NCBI GenBank assembly: GCA_042218075.1
Contig: JBDGRK010000005.1
Coordinates: 36,716-100,715 of the forward strand
DNA: 64,000 nt
Source: Candidatus Nanohaloarchaea archaeon
Lineage (GTDB): Archaea > Nanohalarchaeota > Nanosalinia > Nanosalinales > Nanosalinaceae
Direction of reading: 5' to 3'
The position numbers were made by a program, and so were the translations under genes. Positions 29,513 to 37,548 of the stretch are shown here, piece after piece. The notes beneath the pieces are model-generated. The model did not search any database, was not told where the DNA came from, and saw only the letters and a list, made by a program, of their open reading frames with translations. Every line of letters starts with the position of its first letter. Positions within the stretch are counted from its first letter, which is position 1.

Positions 29513-30282
29513 CTTTCACTCACCTCGTAGCTCCCTAAAGTCTTCACATCAGCGTAGGTCTCAAGGCATTTCCTTGCTTTTCTGAAATCTGGCGATTCCC
29601 GGCCTGTCTCCGCCTCCACGTAGAAGTAGTAGTTCCCGAGACCGTCCTTAGTGGGCCTCGACTGGATGTATGCAAGATTTATACCGTGGCCGGAAAAACA
29701 GGAGAGTATCGACTCGAGTAGTCCTGGCCGGTCAACCCCAGGATCAAGTATCAGTGAAGTCTTATCTCGCTCTCTCGACTCACCGTTCAGAACCAGGAAC
29801 CTCGTAGTATTGTTTCCCTCATCCTGGAGGTTCTCCTCGATAATATCAAGATTGTTGACCTCGGCGGCTTTCCTCGAGCAGATCGCAGCCTCACCATCCT
29901 CTATCTCCTTTGCGGCTCTGGCAGTTGAGGAGGATTCCCTGGTCTCAAAACTTCTTTCCCTCAGAAAATTGCTGCACTGGGAAAGTGCCTGAGGGTGGGA
30001 AACCACTGCCTCGACATCCTCCATTCTATCATTTGAGGCAAGCACATGGTTCACCTCCAGCCTGACCTCTCCCGTTACGCTGACATCTTTCTGCCTCAGT
30101 AGATCCACTGACTCCCCTACTCCTCCGCCGAGAGAGTTCTCGAAAGGTATGACTGCGGCTTCAGCATCGGTCTCAACCGCCTCTCTGTTAGATGAGCATG
30201 GAACCTCTTCGTAGTCTTCAAAATATCTATCCGCAGCCATGTGTGTGTAGGTCCCTTCGGGACCGAGAAAAGCTACTCTCAT
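29509..30282 (-). CDS. pheA: Prephenate dehydratase
   Basis: AFLGPEGTYT, PFENS, SHPQALSQC, NTTRFLV, ACT domain IQSRP. Confidence 0.95.
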   Translation of the reverse strand: MRVAFLGPEGTYTHMAADRYFEDYEEVPCSSNREAVETDAEAAVIPFENSLGGGVGESVDLLRQKDVSVTGEVRLEVNHVLASNDRMEDVEAVVSHPQALSQCSNFLRERSFETRESSSTARAAKEIEDGEAAICSRKAAEVNNLDIIEENLQDEGNNTTRFLVLNGESRERDKTSLILDPGVDRPGLLESILSCFSGHGINLAYIQSRPTKDGLGNYYFYVEAETGRESPDFRKARKCLETYADVKTLGSYEVSES

Positions 30283-30539
30283 TGCCTCTCCCTGTCCAGA
30301 GCCATCTGTATCAGCTTTTCAGCAAACTCTCTTCCTCTCTCCGGCGGGAGATTTCTTTCATCGAAAATGGAGGCAAACTGCTGTTTCACAGCTTCCTCCC
30401 TGCCTTCATCCTTCATCTCCATACCGTTTTTTCTCTTGTACTCCCCTATCTTATCCACAACTTCCATCCTTTCCGCGATTGAATCGGCTATCTCCTGGTT
30501 GATGCGGTCGATCTCCTCTCTGTAGTCTTCAAGACTCAC
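30279..30539 (-). CDS. Chorismate mutase (AroQ type)
   Basis: LEDYREEIDRINQEIADSIAERMEVVDKIGEYK...DEGRE; first gene of the overlapping operon. Confidence 0.9.
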   Translation of the reverse strand: MSLEDYREEIDRINQEIADSIAERMEVVDKIGEYKRKNGMEMKDEGREEAVKQQFASIFDERNLPPERGREFAEKLIQMALDRERQ

Positions 30540-30626
30540 AGCAAAACTCTTCCTCTCCAGTTTTTAAACCTCTTGTTCCGGGGTGAATACTTTTAATCCT
30601 GCTCTATCCAAGTATTCCCGTATTCT

Positions 30627-31391
30627 ATGAGAGTGGAAAAGCTGGGATCGGGAGAGCCGGAATACGCAGTGGTGGCGTGTCTTCACGGCGACGAGCCGTG
30701 TGGAAGGAAAGCAATAGAGAGATTTCTCGCATCTAACCGGGAAGTGGAAAAAGCTGTCAAGCTGATAGTCGCGAACGAAAAAGCGCTGGAGCAAGATAAG
30801 AGATACATCGATGTGGACCTGAACAGGTGCTTTCCCGGCGATCCGGAGAGCTCTAGGCACGAGGAGAAGCTGGCTGCTGATCTAACAGATGAAGTAGAAG
30901 GAATGACGGTTCTGGACCTTCACTCCACTAGATCCTACAGCGGTGTCTTGGTGGCGAATTCCAAGGTGAATGAGGAAAGGATTAAGCTTGCGAAAGCTGC
31001 GGGAGTGGAAAAGATCGCACACCTTGCATTAGAAGATGTCGACTGCATGGAGGAAAGAGTTAAAACAGTCTCAGTGGAGTGCGGACTCCAGAAGTCGGAA
31101 AAAGCCGGGGAAAATGCGCTTGAAGTAATAAAGAACTTCCTTGGATATTTTGGTGTAATAAATCACGATTATCATGTTTCAGAACCTGAAGTATTCAGGA
31201 CATTTGAAACTGTAAGAAAAGGTGATTACACCTTCACGGCAGAGAACTTCAGGAAGGTGGAGCAAGGAGAAGTCTACGCAAAAAAAGGAGAGAAAGAACT
31301 GGAAGCTGAAGAGCCATTTTACCCTGTTTTGATGTCAACAGACGGCTACGAGGAGATACTCGGCCACAAGGCCAGAAAGATGGATATGTAA
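30627..31391 (+). CDS. Succinylglutamate desuccinylase/aspartoacylase (M14-like) family protein
   Basis: LHGDEPCG, RYIDVDLNRCFPG, LDLHST, VECG. Confidence 0.88.
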   Translation: MRVEKLGSGEPEYAVVACLHGDEPCGRKAIERFLASNREVEKAVKLIVANEKALEQDKRYIDVDLNRCFPGDPESSRHEEKLAADLTDEVEGMTVLDLHSTRSYSGVLVANSKVNEERIKLAKAAGVEKIAHLALEDVDCMEERVKTVSVECGLQKSEKAGENALEVIKNFLGYFGVINHDYHVSEPEVFRTFETVRKGDYTFTAENFRKVEQGEVYAKKGEKELEAEEPFYPVLMSTDGYEEILGHKARKMDM

Positions 31392-31406
31392 GAAACACTG
31401 CCCGCT

Positions 31407-33341
31407 TTAATCCTGTCTTGACTGCTTGGCCCTCTCAGTCTCCATCCTCTGTTCCTTTTCAGAGGTGAGTCTCTTGGCTATCAGGTAGTAGGCCTCTCTC
31501 AGCTTCTTCAGGTCCTCGATCTCGCAGTACTCGTCTTTCCTGTGCACCATCTCCTGGTTCAGACCTATCTCCACGTAGGGAGTACCCTTCTCAGCAAAGT
31601 ATCTGCCGTCGGAAGTTCCCCCTTCCGTAATGTGTTCAGGTTCTCGACCCAGGACTTTCTGGAGTTCTTCAGTAGCTATCTTCCTGAACCTCTGGTCCGT
31701 GAGCTGGTATGCTCCGCCGTGATCAACTTTCGACTCCACCACGACATCAACTTCCAGATCTTCAAGCTCTTCCTCAATCCTCTGCCTGATCTCAAGGGTC
31801 TTTTGCTCGGGCGTGTACCTGATATCCATACCTATGTGGACTTCAGCTGGCAGGCTATTGTAAGTATCATCGCTGGATATTAGTGTCGGAGCAAGCGTTG
31901 GATCAGGAAGCTTCTTGTTTTCCACCTCCAGTTCCATTTCATTTAGGCGTTCCAGAGCCTTCGGAAGCGCCTTCAGCACATTTTTCTCCGCGTCCTCGAC
32001 TCTGGATGCGTGGACTGTATCTCCCTGGAGGTAGACATCAAGCCAGAATGCTCCTCTTGTTCCTGTCTGGATATCTAGATCGGTTGGCTCACCGTTAATC
32101 ACGTAATCGAAGCCATCCCCATCCCTGTAGTAGCTCTCCACCAGTGCCTTAGTGCCGTTTTCACCTCCTATCTCTTCATCGCCAGATATCATCAACACGG
32201 CTCTACCGTCAAAGTTTGGATCTCTCCTGAGGTCGACGAATGCCTTCATCATGGCCGCCACCTCGGCCTTCATATCCGTTGCTCCACGGCCGTAAAGCTT
32301 TCCATCCAGAACTGTGGGATCAAACGGATCAGTTACCTCCCAACCCACTCCAGGTTCAACAACATCGAGGTGACCGTTGAAGCAGACGGAAGTGCACCCG
32401 TTTCCTATCTCGGCCGTGAGGCTCTTTACACCCTGGATGTCGTGTATATCTGATTTTATCCCGTTTTCCTGCAGGTAACGCTCCATAGTTCTGAAGATTT
32501 CGGGATCCTTCACCGGGGAGACTGTCTCCTGGCCTATCAGCTCTTTCGCAACATCCACAATATCTCTATCATCGGTTTCAAGCTCTTCCTCTCTGACTCT
32601 GCGCCCCTTGTAGCCTATCTTGTGGGAGTAGCCCTTGGTTGACATCACTATTGGATAGAAATCTTCTTCCGCCCTGAGTTCTTCTCCCTCTTTCCTGGCG
32701 AAGACCTCTCCCTCTTCAACTTTCTCGAAGTTCCTTGCTGTGAACTCGTAACCCGATCCCTTTTCCTCTCCGAATATGCTGAAAATATCCGGGTCGCTGA
32801 CCCTGTAGTCCGCGTCTATAACACCTTCAGCAGCGAGGAAGTTCACCATGATATCATATGCGTTCTCCGCGGCTTCCTCTGAACCCGGCTTGCCGCATTC
32901 CACTGAGATACCTCTCATGTAGTTCATCATGGTCTCCGGCATCCAGGAAAGATCCACCGCTGTATCCAGTCCGGAGTTCTTGACCAGATCTAGATCCCTC
33001 GGATCTATGAAGAAACCGAAAGGCGTGGGCTCTGACTCTGTGGAGTGGAAGTCAAGAACTTTAAGACCCTCTACTTCCTCAAGCAGTTCCGCAGCTAGCC
33101 TCTCCTCGTGTACATCGCTTTCAGGGTCTCCCGGGAAGCATCTGTTCAGGTCTTTCTCGATGTACCTTTCCCCCTCTTCCCTTGCCTCTTCATTCGCCAG
33201 AATAAACTTTACCGCTTTCTTCAGCTCGTGTTCCGACCGCTTCAGCTTCCTCATCGCCTTCAATCCGCAGTCCTCCACGCCGTGAACACATGCTATAAGC
33301 GCGTACTCCGGCTTACCCTCACCGAGAATTTCCACCTTCAT
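31407..33341 (-). CDS. Fusion of AstE/AspA-like deacylase and M20 (DapE/ArgE-like) metallopeptidase
   Basis: N-terminal VHGVEDCG/DLNRCFPG/DFHST; C-terminal FNGHLDVV, GRGATDMK, DEEIGG, GEPT, GGTSDGR. Confidence 0.88.
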   Translation of the reverse strand: MKVEILGEGKPEYALIACVHGVEDCGLKAMRKLKRSEHELKKAVKFILANEEAREEGERYIEKDLNRCFPGDPESDVHEERLAAELLEEVEGLKVLDFHSTESEPTPFGFFIDPRDLDLVKNSGLDTAVDLSWMPETMMNYMRGISVECGKPGSEEAAENAYDIMVNFLAAEGVIDADYRVSDPDIFSIFGEEKGSGYEFTARNFEKVEEGEVFARKEGEELRAEEDFYPIVMSTKGYSHKIGYKGRRVREEELETDDRDIVDVAKELIGQETVSPVKDPEIFRTMERYLQENGIKSDIHDIQGVKSLTAEIGNGCTSVCFNGHLDVVEPGVGWEVTDPFDPTVLDGKLYGRGATDMKAEVAAMMKAFVDLRRDPNFDGRAVLMISGDEEIGGENGTKALVESYYRDGDGFDYVINGEPTDLDIQTGTRGAFWLDVYLQGDTVHASRVEDAEKNVLKALPKALERLNEMELEVENKKLPDPTLAPTLISSDDTYNSLPAEVHIGMDIRYTPEQKTLEIRQRIEEELEDLEVDVVVESKVDHGGAYQLTDQRFRKIATEELQKVLGREPEHITEGGTSDGRYFAEKGTPYVEIGLNQEMVHRKDEYCEIEDLKKLREAYYLIAKRLTSEKEQRMETERAKQSRQD

Positions 33342-35176
33342 CAGACTCTCGCACCCTGATTCTCGCCGTATTCAGTTGCCGGCATAAGCCCAAGGACATC
33401 CTCCAGATGCGCCTCAAGATCTCCAGCGTATGATGGAGCCATCGCCCCTGCTGTATCCATAACATCTGAATCGTACACATCCCTGTAAATATCCATCCAT
33501 TTTTCCTCTTCGTCAAGTCCAGGGAGGGTCTCAGGATCTGAAGGATCTAAACCTTCTACCTCTTTCTCGAAAGCCTGCCTGATCTTTTCACCGTGAGGCA
33601 TAACTGCTGCCTTTGCAAGAGCAACCTGGTACTCGTCATCGTAGTTCTGTCTCGAGACTCTGTACTCGAATCCTCCTGTAGCTGGCTTGGGCCTTACATC
33701 GTGGTGGATGCCCGCCATATGGGCGATTGAGACGTTTCGCTTGTGGTATTCGTCTTTTCTCTCTTCGTCCATTCCCTTGAGGTCAACCTTTCCTCTGACT
33801 CTCTCAAGTTCCGGTTCCTGATCTGAACCGGAATTAACCACCTTTGTGAATTCAATATCGCCGTCTTCAATATATTCCGCCGGTGTCTTGGCATCATCTG
33901 GACTGAGAGCGAGGAGTGTTACATCTTCCAGCTCTAACTCCTCATCTCCGTAAAACTCGACATATTCCTCGTCAGGAGGCAGGACCCAGACCATGTGATG
34001 CTCTGTCATGTAGTGATCCATCATGTTCTCGAACTCTCCCATTTCTCTCTCCTCATCCAGTAGCTTTTCAATGAGAGTCCAGGGTGTTCCGACCCTGTCT
34101 TGCTTGTCTTCTCCTTCAATCTCTGAAATCACGTGCTGTGCGTAAGTGTCATGCTCCCAGTATACCTGGTTGACTGCGGTCCTGGAGGTTTCTCCCTCGT
34201 ATTCAACCTTTGTGTTCGAACTTACCGTTTCAAGACCTCTCTCGAACAGCATCCTGTAAACAATCTCGTCTGAGATTCTCTGGTCCAGATCAAGGTTGCC
34301 GTTCTCATCCGCAAAAAGTCCTGAAGTCAACTGTGTCGAGCCGCCGAACATGTTAAGAGCGACCTTCGGCCCGAATATCGTGGCCATGTAGTCGAAGTAG
34401 TACGGAACATCGGTGAAATGATCAAAGTACTGGTTCAGGAATGCAAGAGCCTCATCCCTCTCCCATTCCTCCAATTTACCTCTTTTAATTACATCTCTTC
34501 CATCTGTCTCATCCGGAACTTCTTCAGGATCTGTGAACTGCGGCGTCAGTCCTTCTTCAGCGTATTCCAGGGCAGGGAACTCTCTTTCAAGGTAATTCTT
34601 CGTGCCCTCCTTGAAGCTTTCAAGTATAGCCAGCAGAAGACCGAACTCTCCATCTTCAGTGACTCTCACTGCTCCGGAATCTATCTCCTGCTGGGCCCCA
34701 AGATCGAAGTCAATTTCGGGCGTGGAAACCGCTATATCCTGGTCCGAGTCCTCAGTTAAGTCAAGTTTTAGAGCCGCAGGTTTCTGCCCGCCATGACCTT
34801 TCTCAACTACTTTATCCAGTTCAAACTCAAATTCCTCTCCGTATTCATCGGTTCTCTCTCTTAACTCCGAGTCTATCTCGCTCCAGAGCTCCTCGTTCAG
34901 AATCTGCTGATAAACAGGTGAAAGAGGCATCACTCCCTCCTCATTTAAAATCGGATTCTCGCTCTCAATACCGATTCCGACTCCTTCCGAGGAAGAGGCA
35001 TCGACATTCGAATTTTCCTCATAGTTCTCTTCCCAGTCCTCAACAGCACTTTCTCTAAAATCATCGTAAGAAAGGGTTTCCTCTACCTGATCATCTTCTT
35101 CAAGCATCTCTTCCACTGTTTCATTCTCCGAATCTCGGCTTTGAGATTCCGAAACATTTGCTTGTGAAACTGACAT
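33341..35176 (-). CDS. Divergent glutamate-cysteine ligase (GCS2/YbdK-like) carboxylate-amine ligase
   Basis: GIGIESE, GSTQLT and HHDVRPKPATGGFEYRV match the order of GCS2 motifs; SD AAGGTGA before ATG 35176; TGATG overlap with the peptidase fusion. Confidence 0.6.
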   Translation of the reverse strand: MSVSQANVSESQSRDSENETVEEMLEEDDQVEETLSYDDFRESAVEDWEENYEENSNVDASSSEGVGIGIESENPILNEEGVMPLSPVYQQILNEELWSEIDSELRERTDEYGEEFEFELDKVVEKGHGGQKPAALKLDLTEDSDQDIAVSTPEIDFDLGAQQEIDSGAVRVTEDGEFGLLLAILESFKEGTKNYLEREFPALEYAEEGLTPQFTDPEEVPDETDGRDVIKRGKLEEWERDEALAFLNQYFDHFTDVPYYFDYMATIFGPKVALNMFGGSTQLTSGLFADENGNLDLDQRISDEIVYRMLFERGLETVSSNTKVEYEGETSRTAVNQVYWEHDTYAQHVISEIEGEDKQDRVGTPWTLIEKLLDEEREMGEFENMMDHYMTEHHMVWVLPPDEEYVEFYGDEELELEDVTLLALSPDDAKTPAEYIEDGDIEFTKVVNSGSDQEPELERVRGKVDLKGMDEERKDEYHKRNVSIAHMAGIHHDVRPKPATGGFEYRVSRQNYDDEYQVALAKAAVMPHGEKIRQAFEKEVEGLDPSDPETLPGLDEEEKWMDIYRDVYDSDVMDTAGAMAPSYAGDLEAHLEDVLGLMPATEYGENQGARV

Positions 35177-35181
35177 TGTAT

Positions 35182-35390
35182 CACCTTTCAATTAGGAAGT
35201 GCAGAAAGAGCGAATTCTTTTCATGGAGGCCCGCCCTTTCAACACTCCGGGTCGATGGGCCCCCTTCAAACGACTAAAATAATCAGCAGGATAGCGATAC
35301 CGCTGACCAGATTCACTGATCCCGGTTCAAAGTTTTCGGCCAGCGTTTCTAACATATTTGATGCATCCACAGCAAACATTTAAATAAGGT
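35182..35390 (-). promoter_or_regulatory. Branched-chain-amino-acid leader peptide (no frameshift site) with downstream hairpins
   Basis: TTTAAA about 23 nt before ATG 35355; uORF 35266-35355 MLETLAENFEPGSVNLVSGIAILLIILVV*; GC-rich stem GGGGCCC/GGGCCTC; TCGCTCTTTC can pair with SD GAAAGGTGA. Confidence 0.65.
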
Positions 35391-35424
35391 TTGACAGTAT
35401 TTTATGATCCCGAAATAGTAATAG

Positions 35425-36471
35425 CTATCCGGACCCTGTCTCCTCAAGATACTCCTTTCCCTCAGTGCAGTTTTCTCCAAATTTTTCCAGGTCAGTGTTT
35501 GCGCCACAGAGAGGCACCGCGACCTTTCTTCCCTCCAGATTCATGCCTAAATCTCTGCTGAAAAGCACAGCTGACGCAGCAACTGCTCCCGCAGGTTCAG
35601 TAACGACCTTCTGTCTCTCCGCCAGCATAGCTACAGTCGCCTTCACCTGTTCATCGGAAACATAGACCACTTCGTCGACAAGTTCCCTCATGTGCCCGGC
35701 GGGAAGATCTCCTACCCTTCTCGTAGCTATACCTTTCGCAACTGTGTCGACTGAATCTCTCTCGTACACCTTCTCCCGGTTGATAGTCTGCTTCGCGGAA
35801 CCGCACCCCTCTGTCTGTACACCGACAACTCTTGAATCAGGATTCAGGTGCTTTACTGCCGTAGCGACTCCACTTATTAGACCGCCGCCGCCGATGGCCA
35901 CAAAAACAGTGTTGAGTTCCGGGAACTGTTCCACCATCTCTTTTCCCAGTGTTCCCTGCCCTGCTATAACACCCGGATCATTGTATGGATGGACGAAGGT
36001 TAATCCCTGCTCCTTTTCCAGCTTTCTCGCATATTTCTTCGACTCCTCGAACTCCTCTCCATGGAGAACCACATCAGCACCGTAGCCGGAAGTAGCCTCA
36101 ACCTTCGCATCCGGGGTGTTCTCCGGCATCACTATCGTGGCTTCAACACCAAGCTCTCTGGCGGCGAGAGCAACTCCCTGCGCGTGGTTTCCTGAAGAAG
36201 CTGCGATCACTCCCCTCTCCTTATCTTCCCCGGAGAGCCGGGAAATCTTGTTGTAAGCTCCTCTAAGCTTGAAGGCCCCGGTCCTCTGGAAGTTTTCCAT
36301 CTTGAAACCTACTTTATCAGCTCCGGATTTCTCGGCGAAGGTTCTGGAGAAATCCATCGGAGTTTTCTTCGCGATTCCCTCAAGCCTTTCAGCTGCTCCT
36401 TTTACAGAGCTGTAGCTCACCAGTTCTTCGGATTTTGAAGTTTTCAGCGTTGCGTGGTCGTGTTTTGTCAT
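35425..36471 (-). CDS. ilvA: Threonine ammonia-lyase (short form, no regulatory domain)
   Basis: KMENFQRTGAFKLRGA, ASSGNHAQG, IGGGGL, EPAGA; SD GAGGTG before ATG 36471. Confidence 0.93.
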   Translation of the reverse strand: MTKHDHATLKTSKSEELVSYSSVKGAAERLEGIAKKTPMDFSRTFAEKSGADKVGFKMENFQRTGAFKLRGAYNKISRLSGEDKERGVIAASSGNHAQGVALAARELGVEATIVMPENTPDAKVEATSGYGADVVLHGEEFEESKKYARKLEKEQGLTFVHPYNDPGVIAGQGTLGKEMVEQFPELNTVFVAIGGGGLISGVATAVKHLNPDSRVVGVQTEGCGSAKQTINREKVYERDSVDTVAKGIATRRVGDLPAGHMRELVDEVVYVSDEQVKATVAMLAERQKVVTEPAGAVAASAVLFSRDLGMNLEGRKVAVPLCGANTDLEKFGENCTEGKEYLEETGSG

Positions 36472-36474
36472 TTT

Positions 36475-36647
36475 GCGAAGCACCTCTTGGAGAATAATCT
36501 AAGAGAAAGCTCGATTTCTACCCAATAATACCGATAATCGAAATGATGGAAATAGATCCAGAAACTTCAGAAAAATCAGATAGAGTTGGGACTCCCGAAA
36601 CTTTACTCAGATTCAGTAGACCGAAGGATAAAGCGTCCACCCTTCAT
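36475..36647 (-). promoter_or_regulatory. Putative Ile-sensing frameshift leader of ilvA
   Basis: uORF 36603-36647 ATG AAG GGT GGA CGC TTT ATC ... TAA; +1 frame ends ISIISIIGIIG* at 36518; CTCTT/AAGAG hairpin over the SD. Confidence 0.8.
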
Positions 36648-36701
36648 TGACGAACTCACAGAATTATAAAGAGAAATAAGAATTTAAAAAGGGAAGGGAG
36701 A

Positions 36702-37469
36702 TTACATTCCCATAGTTCCCTGAGAATCGACCTCATCTGTTTCCGGAGTTCGGTCTCGAACATAGCTATCTATAGATGTTCCCGGCATGTAGCCTCTTGA
36801 TTTAATGTACTCCTCTCTGGCTTCAACTATAACTTCATCCGGTATCTCAACATCTCTTCGAGCTTCTGGAGCCCCATCATACCTGTTAGCGGTTACAGCA
36901 TAGCGAGTATCTCCTTCGAGAAGCTGGGTTATCTGCCACTCATGAACCGGATTGATATTGCTCCCAGTGACTTCCTCAAGAAAGTTCTCATCATCTATAT
37001 CCGTCTCCTGCGCCAAGACCCTTATCATCTCCAAATCGTCCACACCAAGATATTCCTCCTCTTCAGGCACTCTATCTCCATAGATCAGAGAATCCGGCAT
37101 CTCATCTTTATAGATGAAATCTCCTTCTCCCGGATCCCACCATCTCTGATCTCTCGGATCCTGTCTGAACTCTACAGTCTCAGCACCACGATTATCAGTG
37201 CCGCTCTGAGTTTGAGTTATCACACCTCCATCGGTTCTTGCTTCATAACCCTCTTCTTCAAACATGAATTCTGAGGCGGTTTCCATATCGCTTTTCTCTT
37301 CCATGATAGAATCGTGGGGATGTTCTGTACTTGTACCGGGATCCCGGCTTTTAGCTTCATTCGGATTTGTGGGCGGAGATTCATCATGAAGAATTTCATG
37401 AACCCTGATGCCTTCTCTGAGTCTTTCATCCAATTCTTCCCTATTCTTGTACTGAGACTTACCCATCAT
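36702..37469 (-). CDS. Orphan acidic protein with RTDGG motif
   Basis: 255 aa ORF, SD GGAGGTGA, ATGATG overlap with the mini-ORF stop. Confidence 0.7.
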   Translation of the reverse strand: MMGKSQYKNREELDERLREGIRVHEILHDESPPTNPNEAKSRDPGTSTEHPHDSIMEEKSDMETASEFMFEEEGYEARTDGGVITQTQSGTDNRGAETVEFRQDPRDQRWWDPGEGDFIYKDEMPDSLIYGDRVPEEEEYLGVDDLEMIRVLAQETDIDDENFLEEVTGSNINPVHEWQITQLLEGDTRYAVTANRYDGAPEARRDVEIPDEVIVEAREEYIKSRGYMPGTSIDSYVRDRTPETDEVDSQGTMGM

Positions 37470-37546
37470 CTCTCACCTCCTTCTACAGCTGTTTCCACGG
37501 ATTTTGAGTCGCGTTGCGTATGTTGGGTTTGGTTGTAGTTTGTCAT
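37466..37546 (-). CDS. Mini-ORF (26 aa) coupled to the downstream orphan gene
   Basis: SD GAGGTGA; MTNYNQTQHTQRDSKSVETAVEGGER*. Confidence 0.6.
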   Translation of the reverse strand: MTNYNQTQHTQRDSKSVETAVEGGER

Positions 37547-37548
37547 AG

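Noticed and set aside
17061-36647. AAGGGTGGACGC read as a bacterial T-box antiterminator (AGGGUGGNACCGCG)
   Set aside because: The motif lies at the very start of the inferred transcript with no room for Stem I. The cognate codon is downstream and in frame. The N of UGGN is always A and does not track tRNA discriminator bases, and one copy reads GGTGAA.
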